From the IMG/VR virus record IMGVR_UViG_3300023275_000046, positions 1 through 48,201 of that record: a stretch of 48,201 nt of DNA; one strand, written 5' to 3'. The stretch's first letter is position 1. Each line of letters begins with the position of its first letter. Of this stretch, positions 18,965 through 27,551 are shown in pieces. Origin of the DNA: a virus. Its lineage: Duplodnaviria > Caudoviricetes. The notes beneath the pieces are model-generated. The model saw only the letters and a list, made by a program, of their open reading frames with translations, was not told the DNA's origin and made no database searches. The position numbers and the translations under genes were made by a program.

Positions 18965-20381
18965 TTACGCCGCCTTCGCCGGGGCCGGCTTGTTTGCCGG
19001 ATCGTTCTCCGGCGGCGGCTTCGAGCCAGGCGCAGGCAATGGCGGCATGCCCGACTCGTCGATGCGGGTCTTTTCGTCTTCCCACTCGAGTTCTTCTTCA
19101 AGCAAACCGCGCCGCTTCGCCTCGTTGAACAGGGTCTCGTCGGACAACACGCGGGAATTGCGCATCGACAGCAAGAACGTCATCGACTCGACCGGCGCCA
19201 TGTCGGGGTCGAGGTTTGGCTGCGCCTTCGCGCCGCCGCCCTTGTCTTCGCCGCGCTGCTCCGCGATGAGGTCGGCCAGGTCGACAAGCGTGTCGTCGAG
19301 CTGCTGAACCATGCCGCCGAGTCGGGAATTCTCGCCGCGCGTTTCCTCGCCGGACTGGGTCGCCGTCTTCACGCCCTCAGCGAAAACGAGCAGCTTCGCG
19401 CCGGCCTGCCGCATTTCGTCTTTCAGCGCGTCGAGCGCGGTGCGGCCGGCACCGATCGCGGCGCCGGTGTGCTCCACGTACTTCATGTCGCCATCGAGCG
19501 GCAGGTTCACGCCGTGCTTGGCGCCAATCGTGATCCCACTCTTTTCACCCTCGACGTCGAGTCCGATGGTGCACAGAATCGGCACGCTCGCCGTTTCGAC
19601 CAGCATGTCGTTGTCGCTCTGCATGCGCCAATGCTTCGCGTTCAACTGGGCGAGTTCGAGCAGCGGCGGCCGCGCGATCATGAAGCCGGTGCGATTGCAG
19701 TACAGCGTGACGATAGGGATGCGATCCTGCCCCGGCACGGGAATTTCCTGCACGAGCGACCATTTGCCGCCGTCGCCTTTCTGGTGCACCGACACCTTGC
19801 CTACCTCGTAAACGCGGATCTGCTCGACAATGTGCGTGCCATAGTCGCCGTCGTCTTCCTCGACGCAGAATTTCACGCGCAACTGGGTCAGCTTGCCGGC
19901 GCCATCGGTGCGCCAACCCAACACGTCGCGCGGCGAAACGCGCGTGCAGTACGGCCGCACGCCGGCTTTTTTCTGGTCCGCTAGCGTCTTCACCTCTGCG
20001 GCGTTCGTGTTGTCGACAATGACGTGCGACAACCCGTAGTTGAATGCCTGCTCGAACCATTTATAGACGAACACGTGCAGGTTCGCCGGTCAAGTCGATG
20101 TTAGGGAACACCTCGGTCTTGATCCACTCGGGCGTCTTGTCGTCGAGTAGCAGCGGCTCGGCGAATACGCGCCCGACCATCGTCGCAACGGTCTCGCTGT
20201 ACGCAGGGTACAGGGTCGCGAAGTCAAGGCGTGCCCTGTATTCGTCAGGCTCTTCGAGTGGTCGCCTCGGCAAGTACGTTTCGGCGGCTCGGCGCATGGC
20301 CTTCGTGCCGCCTAGCAGGGCGTCGATCAGATCGAAATCGGCCCACATCGTGACGCAGGACTCGTGCGGTTTGTCGATCAT
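18965..20381 (-). pseudogene. Portal protein (DUF4055 family) split by a frameshift at about 20084
   Basis: N-part ALLGGTKAMRRAAETYLP...EY.ARL...NIDLTG; continuation NLHVFVYKWF...YGLSHVIVD...PPLLELAQLN.KHW in another frame. Confidence 0.85.
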
Positions 20382-20391
20382 CGTGGTTCCC

Positions 20392-21663
20392 TCAGTGGCG
20401 CAGCGGTCCGACGCGTGCGATACGACGCACGATCGGCCAGCGGTTGACGATCAGGTAGCCCATGGCATCGTTGCCGTGGTCATGCCCGGTTGTCTTGTCC
20501 GGCTCGCCGTCATCCCAGGCCTGTTGTTCCAGGCACTCAGTGAGGGTCGAGCACGCATCGGTGTTGATCTTGAAAGTGCGCTCGCCCTTGTCGTTCAGAA
20601 TGAGCGCGTTGAACGAATTGATGCGGTCTTTCACCGCCGGATTCGCGTTCGGCGCGCGAATCGTGAAGCCGGCTTGTTTGAGGATCGACAGGTCCGACTC
20701 GCTCGCGTTCTTGCTGCTCGTGTTGCCGCCGCTCGCGTCGGGATAGATCGTCACGGAGTGGCCGGCAGAGACGTACCGCTCTTTCAGCTTGACCGCCATC
20801 GCAGGCGTATCGCGAACCTTCGTGAGTTCGGCCAGGACACGCGGCTTCCCGTCGCGGATCACGCCGATAGCGGCCGTCATGTTCAGCACGTTGAAGTCCA
20901 TCCCGACGTGCAGCGGTTCGTTCGGCTGTATCGTCTCGTTGGTGTGATTCAACACGCGGTCGAAGTCGGGATAGATGCTGCCACTCGCGAGGTTGACGAA
21001 GCGCCCGTCCAGATACGCCGCGATGAGCTGCGGCGGATAGCTTTCGCGCATCGAGTCGATGTAGTCGTCGGGTAGGTTGGCCTCGTTGTCGTACGTGCTG
21101 GCGTGCACGATGCCGTAGAGCGTCGCCAGCGTAGGCTTGTCGCGCAGCTGCTTGACGAACTGGTCGTACATGAAGCCGAAGCCTTCGGGTGTCGTGGTCA
21201 CGTCAATGCCGTTCTGCAAGCCATCGCGCTTGACGCGCATGCGCGCGATGATCTTGCGCCAGGCCGCCTGCGCCTTCGGCTTCTTGAGCACGTCGAGTTC
21301 GTCGACGAGCGCGCGGCCAATCTTGAACCCGACGATCGATGCCGGGTTGTCCATCGACCTGCAGATAATTGTGCTGCGTAGCCTTGAACCGTCGTAGAGG
21401 TGGACTTCCTTGTTCGACGCGACGACTTTCGCAGTCAGGCCCCAGTCCTCGGCTACCTCTTCGATCGTGGGATAGAAAATGTCGCGGATCTGCGGATAGG
21501 TCGGCGCGAAATAGCCCGCGTTGACCTTCGGCCACTCCCACGCGTGCTTGCACAACCCCGCGCAGCCGACCCACGTCTTGCCGCTGCCATAGCCCGCGAC
21601 GAATGCACGGAACTTCTTCTGCAGCGCCAAGAATTCGGCTTGCGGAACGTTAAGCGTCGGCAT
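20392..21663 (-). CDS. terL: Terminase large subunit
   Basis: Walker A VAGYGSGKT, Walker B ALVDE, nuclease GMDFN...YPDASG...DHGNDAMGY. Confidence 0.93.
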   Translation of the reverse strand: MPTLNVPQAEFLALQKKFRAFVAGYGSGKTWVGCAGLCKHAWEWPKVNAGYFAPTYPQIRDIFYPTIEEVAEDWGLTAKVVASNKEVHLYDGSRLRSTIICRSMDNPASIVGFKIGRALVDELDVLKKPKAQAAWRKIIARMRVKRDGLQNGIDVTTTPEGFGFMYDQFVKQLRDKPTLATLYGIVHASTYDNEANLPDDYIDSMRESYPPQLIAAYLDGRFVNLASGSIYPDFDRVLNHTNETIQPNEPLHVGMDFNVLNMTAAIGVIRDGKPRVLAELTKVRDTPAMAVKLKERYVSAGHSVTIYPDASGGNTSSKNASESDLSILKQAGFTIRAPNANPAVKDRINSFNALILNDKGERTFKINTDACSTLTECLEQQAWDDGEPDKTTGHDHGNDAMGYLIVNRWPIVRRIARVGPLRH

Positions 21664-22084
21664 TGCGCACCCGCGCATTCTTGACGTGCAGCACTACCTG
21701 CACCGGCGTTGGCCCGTCTTCGGGGTCGGGCGCCTTGGCCTGATCTATGCCCATCAGCTTGGCGCGTCGCTCCATGATGCGCAGAGCCGCACCGAGGGAA
21801 TCGACGCTGCCCTTACGTGCGCGATCGAAATGGGTCGTGAACATCGCGTCGAGGCGCTCGAGTTCGAGCGTGCGAAGTTCCTCGGCGGGCTCGCGCGTAA
21901 TCTCTTTCAACGCCTTCGACACGGCTTCGTGCGCGCGCTGGCGACTGCTATAGCCGCATTTCGCAGCAATCTCGTCGAACGTGAGCCCCTGCATCCGCAG
22001 CTTCATCGCCTCCGCGGCAAGCACGCGGGCCGCTGCCGATTCCGGCGACGTCTTCGCCCCGTTGTTTTGGCGCTTGCCCGGCAT
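21650..22084 (-). CDS. terS: Terminase small subunit (HTH)
   Basis: LRMQGLTFDEIAAKCGY HTH; IMERRAKLMG; immediately upstream of terL. Confidence 0.75.
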   Translation of the reverse strand: MPGKRQNNGAKTSPESAAARVLAAEAMKLRMQGLTFDEIAAKCGYSSRQRAHEAVSKALKEITREPAEELRTLELERLDAMFTTHFDRARKGSVDSLGAALRIMERRAKLMGIDQAKAPDPEDGPTPVQVVLHVKNARVRNADA

Positions 22085-22090
22085 AGAGTT

Positions 22091-22546
22091 TTACTTGCCG
22101 GCCCCGGCAGTGCGGATCGCGACCTTGTCGGCGGTGCACAGCCGCAACGCCTCGCGGTACTGCTGACGCATCGTCGCGAGCTGGCCGTTGCAGAACACGC
22201 GCGCCGTGCCGTCCCAGCACGCCGCATCGGGCTCGGCCAGGGTGCAGGGCTGCAGCAGCGCCGGGTCGACGGGCACGCGGACTTCGCGAGGCACCTCGAC
22301 GGCGATCGACTTGACGACGGGGCGTGTGGGGCCACAGGCGGTGAGGCCCACGGCCAGGACGGCGCACGCGATCCAGTGCAAGTGCGATCCGATGTACGAC
22401 CAGAGCCAGCGGGCGCCCTCGATCAGCGCCCATCCCGCGACCGCGACGCACAGCAGGAAAAGGAGGAAGGCGCCGGCCAATCCGTCGTAGTTGATGAAGC
22501 CGCGCTGCCGCGAGGCAAGGCGGTGACGAGTGTAGTTCGTGTTCAT
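22091..22546 (-). CDS. Rz1-like o-spanin lipoprotein with N-terminal membrane extension
   Basis: Internal lipobox LTAC, VPVDPALLQPC...NGQL...ALRLC..DK.AIR; GGAG RBS at 22546; alternative TTG start at 22381. Confidence 0.7.
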   Translation of the reverse strand: MNTNYTRHRLASRQRGFINYDGLAGAFLLFLLCVAVAGWALIEGARWLWSYIGSHLHWIACAVLAVGLTACGPTRPVVKSIAVEVPREVRVPVDPALLQPCTLAEPDAACWDGTARVFCNGQLATMRQQYREALRLCTADKVAIRTAGAGK

Positions 22547-22558
22547 CGCGATGCTCCG

Positions 22559-22855
22559 TTAGGTCGAGGTCTCGATCAGCGCGTCGATCGCTGCGAGCGC
22601 GATGGCGGCCTCTTCCTGAGAAGGCGCCTGCGCCTGCACGACAATCCGCATGCCGCGCAACTGCTCGACGTCGCTTTCGCCCACCATGCCGATCAGCGCG
22701 TTGCGCAAGCGCGTGATGACCGGCTCGTCCGCCGCTCGGATCGCCTTGCGCATCACGCCCGGGTTGATCCACTCCGGCGGGAAATGACCATTCGCTGCTG
22801 CGACCGCTTCGCAGGCAGCGCGCACGCGTGCATCCATGTTGATTCCACCGTTCAT
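22559..22855 (-). CDS. Hypothetical protein
   Basis: ATGA-coupled ORF in the late operon. Confidence 0.6.
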   Translation of the reverse strand: MNGGINMDARVRAACEAVAAANGHFPPEWINPGVMRKAIRAADEPVITRLRNALIGMVGESDVEQLRGMRIVVQAQAPSQEEAAIALAAIDALIETST

Positions 22856-23058
22856 GCGCCCTCCAATTCACCCGGATAGCACCAGATTTCCCGCACAGAC
22901 TCGTCGTCCCACGTGCGAATCCGGTAGTTCGTTACGCCGCCCATTTCGACCATCACCGCGACAACGGTTCCGGTTCTGTCGATCGGAACGATGCGAACGC
23001 GTCGGCCGATGCCGTAGCGCACGCTGATCGATTGCGGAGTCTCGACCTCGTCGCTCAC
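22852..23058 (-). CDS. Hypothetical protein (68 aa, SH3/KOW-like pattern)
   Basis: GTGA overlap; YGIGRRVRIVPIDRTGTVVAV...WCYPGELE. Confidence 0.6.
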   Translation of the reverse strand: MSDEVETPQSISVRYGIGRRVRIVPIDRTGTVVAVMVEMGGVTNYRIRTWDDESVREIWCYPGELEGA

Positions 23059-23423
23059 GGCACGACCCCGCATGCAGGTTGCGACGCCCAGTCGCGGCAG
23101 CGCCCGTCGAGCACGGCCGACAGCTTCGCGCGCGCGGCCTGGGCGTCCTGCGCGATGGCTGCGCGATCGGTCTCGCGCTGCGCCAGCGCCGCGAGGTTGC
23201 CCGCGCGATCGAACACTCGACCCGCCTCGCAATCCGCGATGCTGTCCTTGAGCGCGTCTATCGTGACTTGTGACGAATCGTTTGCGTCAGCGACCTTGTC
23301 GACCTTCGCCTCGGCGCGTGCCGCATTGACGGCGCTCGCGCGCCACTGCAGCGCGTTGCCGGTAAGGCTGGTCACGAGCGCTAGGCAGACCCAGGCGAGC
23401 GTTGGAACGGCGTTGATATTCAT
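23055..23423 (-). CDS. Rz-like i-spanin
   Basis: N-terminal TM, Ala-rich coiled coil, C-terminal CRDWASQP. Confidence 0.7.
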   Translation of the reverse strand: MNINAVPTLAWVCLALVTSLTGNALQWRASAVNAARAEAKVDKVADANDSSQVTIDALKDSIADCEAGRVFDRAGNLAALAQRETDRAAIAQDAQAARAKLSAVLDGRCRDWASQPACGVVP

Positions 23424-23524
23424 CGTTGCTTGCTCCGTTTCCTGTTGCGTTCAATCTGCAGCTGCAAAATCGCTTTCTGTCGCGCCGCCTTGTCCAGCAG
23501 CCAGGCGTCGAGGCGGAAAGTCAT
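23420..23524 (-). CDS. Possible 34-aa basic peptide
   Basis: MTFRLDAWLLDKAARQKAILQLQIERNRKRSKQR; stop overlaps the i-spanin ATG. Confidence 0.35.
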   Translation of the reverse strand: MTFRLDAWLLDKAARQKAILQLQIERNRKRSKQR

Positions 23525-23565
23525 CCTTGGCCGCGCGGTCACCCCAACGAAGCGCGGCAGCGGAA

Positions 23566-23769
23566 TCAGAGACGACTGCACGCGTGGTCGATCGGTACGT
23601 GCGGCACCGGCTTGTGATCGGCGCATCGCGTGCCATCCGTGGCGGGCCGAAGCCATGGTTGATGGCTCGGCACCTGCCCCGGCGGGTGATGCCTCGGTGC
23701 GCGCACGCAATCGAGGCATGCGCGCAGGTCGGCGCCGAGGCAGAGTGCGTAGTACATCGCCTGGGTCAA
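23566..23769 (-). CDS. Small Cys/His-rich hypothetical protein
   Basis: ATGA overlap with the upstream gene, AAGGA RBS; CxxC motif. Confidence 0.5.
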   Translation of the reverse strand: MTQAMYYALCLGADLRACLDCVRAPRHHPPGQVPSHQPWLRPATDGTRCADHKPVPHVPIDHACSRL

Positions 23770-24143
23770 TCCTTGGTGCCCGGATCGCCAACGTCGAACC
23801 AGTCGCCAAGGCGCGGAGGCTCATCGGCGATGTCGAAGCCGACGACGTCGAGTGCGCCTACGAACGGCTGTCGGGGCTCGAGCCAGGTCGGCGTCCTGTA
23901 AACGAACAGGTCGAAGTCGACAACCGCCGAGGCGTCCCGGCCGTCGAGGAAGCGAACCTTGACCGGGTTCACCTCGTCGACCACGAGCATGGTCTGCTGC
24001 GCCTCGTTCACCGTGTAGTACGGGTAGACGAGAGCCTGTCCGAGCGCATCGGGGCTGAGGTCGACTGCCTGCCCGAGACCGGCGAATCCAGCGACGCCGC
24101 AGATGCCGGCGACAATGGCAGTGGTGAGCGCGTTTCGCTTCAT
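23766..24143 (-). CDS. Secreted truncated homologue of a proteobacterial S-layer/cell-surface protein N-terminus
   Basis: GAAGGAG RBS; MKRNALTTAIVAGICGVAGFAGLGQA|VDLSPDALGQALVYPYYTV...VKVRFLDG...VVDFDLF; similarity recalled, not searched. Confidence 0.7.
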   Translation of the reverse strand: MKRNALTTAIVAGICGVAGFAGLGQAVDLSPDALGQALVYPYYTVNEAQQTMLVVDEVNPVKVRFLDGRDASAVVDFDLFVYRTPTWLEPRQPFVGALDVVGFDIADEPPRLGDWFDVGDPGTKD

Positions 24144-24171
24144 CGGTGTTGCTCCTTCGTTGGGGGTTGGG

Positions 24172-24654
24172 TCAGTGGAACGTGCCGAGACACATCGAAA
24201 GCTCGCTGTCGCGACGCTTCACCAGTCCAGGCAATTCGATCGTCATGCCGAGGCGCGTTGCATGCGTCCATCGCGTGAGTTGATGGCACCACGTCGTCGC
24301 AGGCGCGCCAGCGTTGATCATTCGCAGCATCGTGGAGCCGCAGAACGCGCGTCCGCCGACGTTGAACGTGAACGACACGAGCGCTGCGGCCTCGTTCGTC
24401 TTGAGCGGCACGCGCACGCACTGCTCGACGGCTGCGTAGGCCTCGCGCAGGTCCGCGGCAAGAAGCGCCTTGCACGTGTCTGTGGTGAATGTCTGTCCTG
24501 GGGCTATGTCCGGGCCGGTATGACCGGTGCATGCGGTCGGCACGCCGACAGGATCGATGTAGGTGTGCGGGACGACGCCCTCGTAGTACACGACGAGCGG
24601 CGAAGCGATGGCGATGGCAGATGCTGCGATGCCGGCGAGCAGCTTGTTGTTCAC
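24172..24654 (-). CDS. SAR endolysin, T4-like lysozyme (GH24)
   Basis: GTG 24654; weakly hydrophobic Ala/Gly N-terminus; E-x8-D-x5-T triad (EGVVPHTYIDPVGVPT); FTFNVG; LPGLVKRR. Confidence 0.92.
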   Translation of the reverse strand: MNNKLLAGIAASAIAIASPLVVYYEGVVPHTYIDPVGVPTACTGHTGPDIAPGQTFTTDTCKALLAADLREAYAAVEQCVRVPLKTNEAAALVSFTFNVGGRAFCGSTMLRMINAGAPATTWCHQLTRWTHATRLGMTIELPGLVKRRDSELSMCLGTFH

Positions 24655-24947
24655 GGCGGATGCTCCGCGCGATCGATTTTCCCTTCGATGTCGTGCACGC
24701 GCAGGTCGAGTCGCTCGATGCGCTTTTCCACGCTGTCGATGCGTGCGTTCGTGCCGGACGAATTGACCTCGATCGTCGTGATCCGCGGCTTTATCTCCGC
24801 GATGTCGGTATGCGACTCGATGGTGGCCTGCAGCGCCCACAAGATCGCAGCCGTGGCGATCGACAACATGACCGACTGGAAGCGTCGCTCGCGCTGAATC
24901 TTGAGTTCGCGCCGCGCGTCTTCGGCCTTCTCGGTGGGTTCGGTCAT
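24651..24947 (-). CDS. Putative holin-position single-TM coiled-coil protein
   Basis: GAGGA RBS; one TM; directly upstream of the endolysin. Confidence 0.55.
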   Translation of the reverse strand: MTEPTEKAEDARRELKIQRERRFQSVMLSIATAAILWALQATIESHTDIAEIKPRITTIEVNSSGTNARIDSVEKRIERLDLRVHDIEGKIDRAEHPP

Positions 24948-25051
24948 GCTTTCCTCTGCGATGGTCGGCCAATCAGCCCAGCGGGAGCGCGCAACAAGCC
25001 TTGGCCCGCCGGAGTTTTTCCACGCGCAGTTGCAGAGAGGCACGAGCCGGC

Positions 25052-25351
25052 TTATCCCCCCTGCACCTCTGGCGCTGTGGCAGACACAGTGCGAGCAGGG
25101 GGCGTTGACACGGAACCAGCACGGGTCAACACCCGGTGGACAATGGCCACATCGACGTCGAAAAAGCGGGCGATCCGGCGCAGCGAATAGCCCAATTCGC
25201 GCGCCACGATGATGAGGGTGTCGCGCTGGCGCATCTGCGCACGGATCGCGATGTCGGTCGCGACGACAGCATCGTCGAGGCGCAGCCCCGCACGCGTCAT
25301 CTCGCCCTGCAGGCCTCGCCTACTGATGCCGAGGCGATCGCAGTGGTTCAT
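25052..25351 (-). CDS. HTH transcription regulator, candidate late-gene activator (Mor-like position and pattern)
   Basis: RQRDTLII...GYSLRRIARFFDVDVAIVHRVL; last gene before the lysis cassette. Confidence 0.6.
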   Translation of the reverse strand: MNHCDRLGISRRGLQGEMTRAGLRLDDAVVATDIAIRAQMRQRDTLIIVARELGYSLRRIARFFDVDVAIVHRVLTRAGSVSTPPARTVSATAPEVQGG

Positions 25352-25491
25352 GCCCATCCACGGGCCTCCGTGTAGCGACGACGTGCGGCCTGGACGCGCG
25401 TATCGATCAGTGCAGCCGCCTTGCCGAACGCCTCGCATAAGGCTTCGAACACGGCGACGAATTCCTGCGCTAGCTGTTGCAACGTGCTCAT
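25348..25491 (-). CDS. 47-aa hypothetical protein
   Basis: ATGA overlaps at both ends; MSTLQQLAQEFVAVFEALCEAFG. Confidence 0.5.
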   Translation of the reverse strand: MSTLQQLAQEFVAVFEALCEAFGKAAALIDTRVQAARRRYTEARGWA

Positions 25492-25880
25492 GCGGCGATC
25501 CGATTACGAGCTTGGTAGGGTGTGATGCGGAGCACGACGGCACCGAACAGGATCATTTCGAGCCGTTCCACGGTGTGCTTTGCGACTTGGCAGTCATCGC
25601 GCCAAATCTCGATCGCGGTCAGCGCGTCGAACAGCGGCTTCACGATGTTGTCGGTGTCTCGGCGCCGATCGTCGGGGACGTGCATGTCTATTTCGACTTG
25701 CAGGAGGCCGGTCAGGGGCTCAGCCGGCACACGACCGCATCTACGCTCCGGTGCGATGATTCGAGCAACTGCATCCCTGTAGCGCTGCCCTTCGGCCGAG
25801 ATGAGCACCTTGGCGCCGACATGGCGCCAATGATGGTTCGCGCTCGGCGGGTAGGGCAGGTACAGGGTCAGCGGCTTCAT
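25488..25880 (-). CDS. rusA: RusA family Holliday junction resolvase
   Basis: LPYPPSAN..WR, PDDRRRDTDNIVKPLFDAL...WRDDCQV. Confidence 0.92.
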   Translation of the reverse strand: MKPLTLYLPYPPSANHHWRHVGAKVLISAEGQRYRDAVARIIAPERRCGRVPAEPLTGLLQVEIDMHVPDDRRRDTDNIVKPLFDALTAIEIWRDDCQVAKHTVERLEMILFGAVVLRITPYQARNRIAA

Positions 25881-25882
25881 GT

Positions 25883-27295
25883 TCAGACCACGAAGGCCAG
25901 ATGCTTCGACGCTCGCGTCGTCGCGACGTACAGCGATCGGTTGTAGTCGAAGTCGCCGCGGATTCGGCCGAGGTCCGACAGGTCGACGATCGCGGTATCG
26001 AGCGTCGAGCCCTGCGACTTGTGCACCGTCATTGAGTAGACGTGTCTGACATCGGCGAGGTTGTTCTTGTGCGCCCAGGCGTCCTTGATGATTGCCTTGC
26101 GCTCCGCGTCATCGCTCTCGGCTTTCCGCATCGTGGCGGGCAACATGCGATCGACTTGGATCTGTCGCTTCATCGCGGCGGCGCGGTTGAACAGCTCGGT
26201 CACCTTCGCGTTGAGCTGTTGCGCATTGTCGGCGACCCAGCACAGCACGATTGCCCCGCTGTCACGCCGAAGCTTGAGCCGCCATGCCGGAACGTCGCGA
26301 TGGTACGGGTGCGGTTCCGGCTGAATCGCAACGACGGTCAACTCTTCGCTGTTGTAGAGATTGACCCGACCGTTCTTCATCGGGTTGGCTTCGTCCTCGC
26401 AAGCCCGGGCGTCGTGCGAGCTGTTCATCATCACGGTTTCGCCAACGTTGAATGGCGTGGCGTAGCCATGCATTGCGGCGTGGATTTCACGGTTGTAGCG
26501 CAGCACGGTTTCGTTGCGGAACGCGAGGATGCGGGTATCCATGCCCTCGCGGATGTCGTGCAGTGCCCAGTTGTAGGCCGTGTTGTAGCCACCGTGCGTG
26601 AGTAGCGCGTCCGCCGGCGCCGCGGGAATCGCGTCTTGGATGTCGGCATTCGACATCCGCCGGTTCGCCTCGATTGACTCGCGGATGCGCATCGAGAGCT
26701 TGATGATGGGCGAGTCGGCCGCTTGGCGAACAATGTCGGTCAGCACGGCTTTGTGCTGCACATGGGTGAACGTCGGGGACTCGGCGCCGTCGTCATCTAC
26801 CGGCGGGAGCTGCGCCGGATCGCCAACGAACAGCACGCGCGTATCTGTCGGGCCTGTCAGCATGACCAAGTGCCCGAACAGGGCCTGCGAGAGCATGGAG
26901 CACTCGTCAACGATGACGAGGTTATAGTCATGGATCGAGCTATCGCCCTCGGGGACGATTTGATGCCTGCCGTCATCCTGCTCTTTGAGTCGCAGGCCCA
27001 TGAACGAGTGGATCGAGCCGAAGTCGACCGAGCCGTAGCTGTCCTTGATTTTGTCGCGCAGCACCGAGACTGCCTTATTGGTCGGTGCTGCAATGGCAAT
27101 GCTGATGTCCTCGGCGAGGTCGCGCACCAGACCTGACACCAGCGTCGTTTTACCGGTGCCTGCATAGCCAGCCAGGGTCATCATGGCTGCGCCGTGCTCG
27201 CCGGTAGCGAAGGCCCGGATGAGTTCGAACGCGGACTGTTGTTGAGCGGTGTATTTGATGGCCGGTTTTACGGTGGCCTCTGCCGTCGTGTTCAT
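25883..27295 (-). CDS. SF1B helicase, Dda/RecD-like
   Basis: GYAGTGKTT, APTNKA, IVDECSM, GDPAQLPPV, IVRQA, TVHKSQGST, LYVATTRA. Confidence 0.9.
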   Translation of the reverse strand: MNTTAEATVKPAIKYTAQQQSAFELIRAFATGEHGAAMMTLAGYAGTGKTTLVSGLVRDLAEDISIAIAAPTNKAVSVLRDKIKDSYGSVDFGSIHSFMGLRLKEQDDGRHQIVPEGDSSIHDYNLVIVDECSMLSQALFGHLVMLTGPTDTRVLFVGDPAQLPPVDDDGAESPTFTHVQHKAVLTDIVRQAADSPIIKLSMRIRESIEANRRMSNADIQDAIPAAPADALLTHGGYNTAYNWALHDIREGMDTRILAFRNETVLRYNREIHAAMHGYATPFNVGETVMMNSSHDARACEDEANPMKNGRVNLYNSEELTVVAIQPEPHPYHRDVPAWRLKLRRDSGAIVLCWVADNAQQLNAKVTELFNRAAAMKRQIQVDRMLPATMRKAESDDAERKAIIKDAWAHKNNLADVRHVYSMTVHKSQGSTLDTAIVDLSDLGRIRGDFDYNRSLYVATTRASKHLAFVV

Positions 27296-27324
27296 TGGAA
27301 TACCCCTTGATTGTTCACTCACGG

Positions 27325-27545
27325 GAACACGAGACGTTGTCTCGTATGTCTCACTCAGGTTTTTCACCCCTCTAGGCCGCGCCACGCCTCAGGAAACAAT
27401 GAATCCGAGACGTGAGACCTATAAAGGGTTTCTGACTTTTCCTATAAATAGCCGTCTCACTGTCTCTAAAACCCCGCAAAACGTTGCGGGAGTAGGCGAA
27501 AACCATGAGACAAATCGTGTCTCGAAAACGTCTCATGTCTCGAAC
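27325..27545. repeat. Putative replication origin with 11 GAGAC/GTCTC iterons around an AT-rich core
   Basis: Pentamers at 27331, 27339, 27348, 27407, 27414, 27454, 27462, 27507, 27519, 27530, 27537; intergenic, just downstream of the primase. Confidence 0.7.
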
Positions 27546-27551
27546 TCGCGC

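Noticed and set aside
27325-27545. GAGAC repeats as a CRISPR array or Golden Gate cloning scars
   Set aside because: The repeats are 5 bp, in both orientations, irregularly spaced and with variable flanks; an origin fits better
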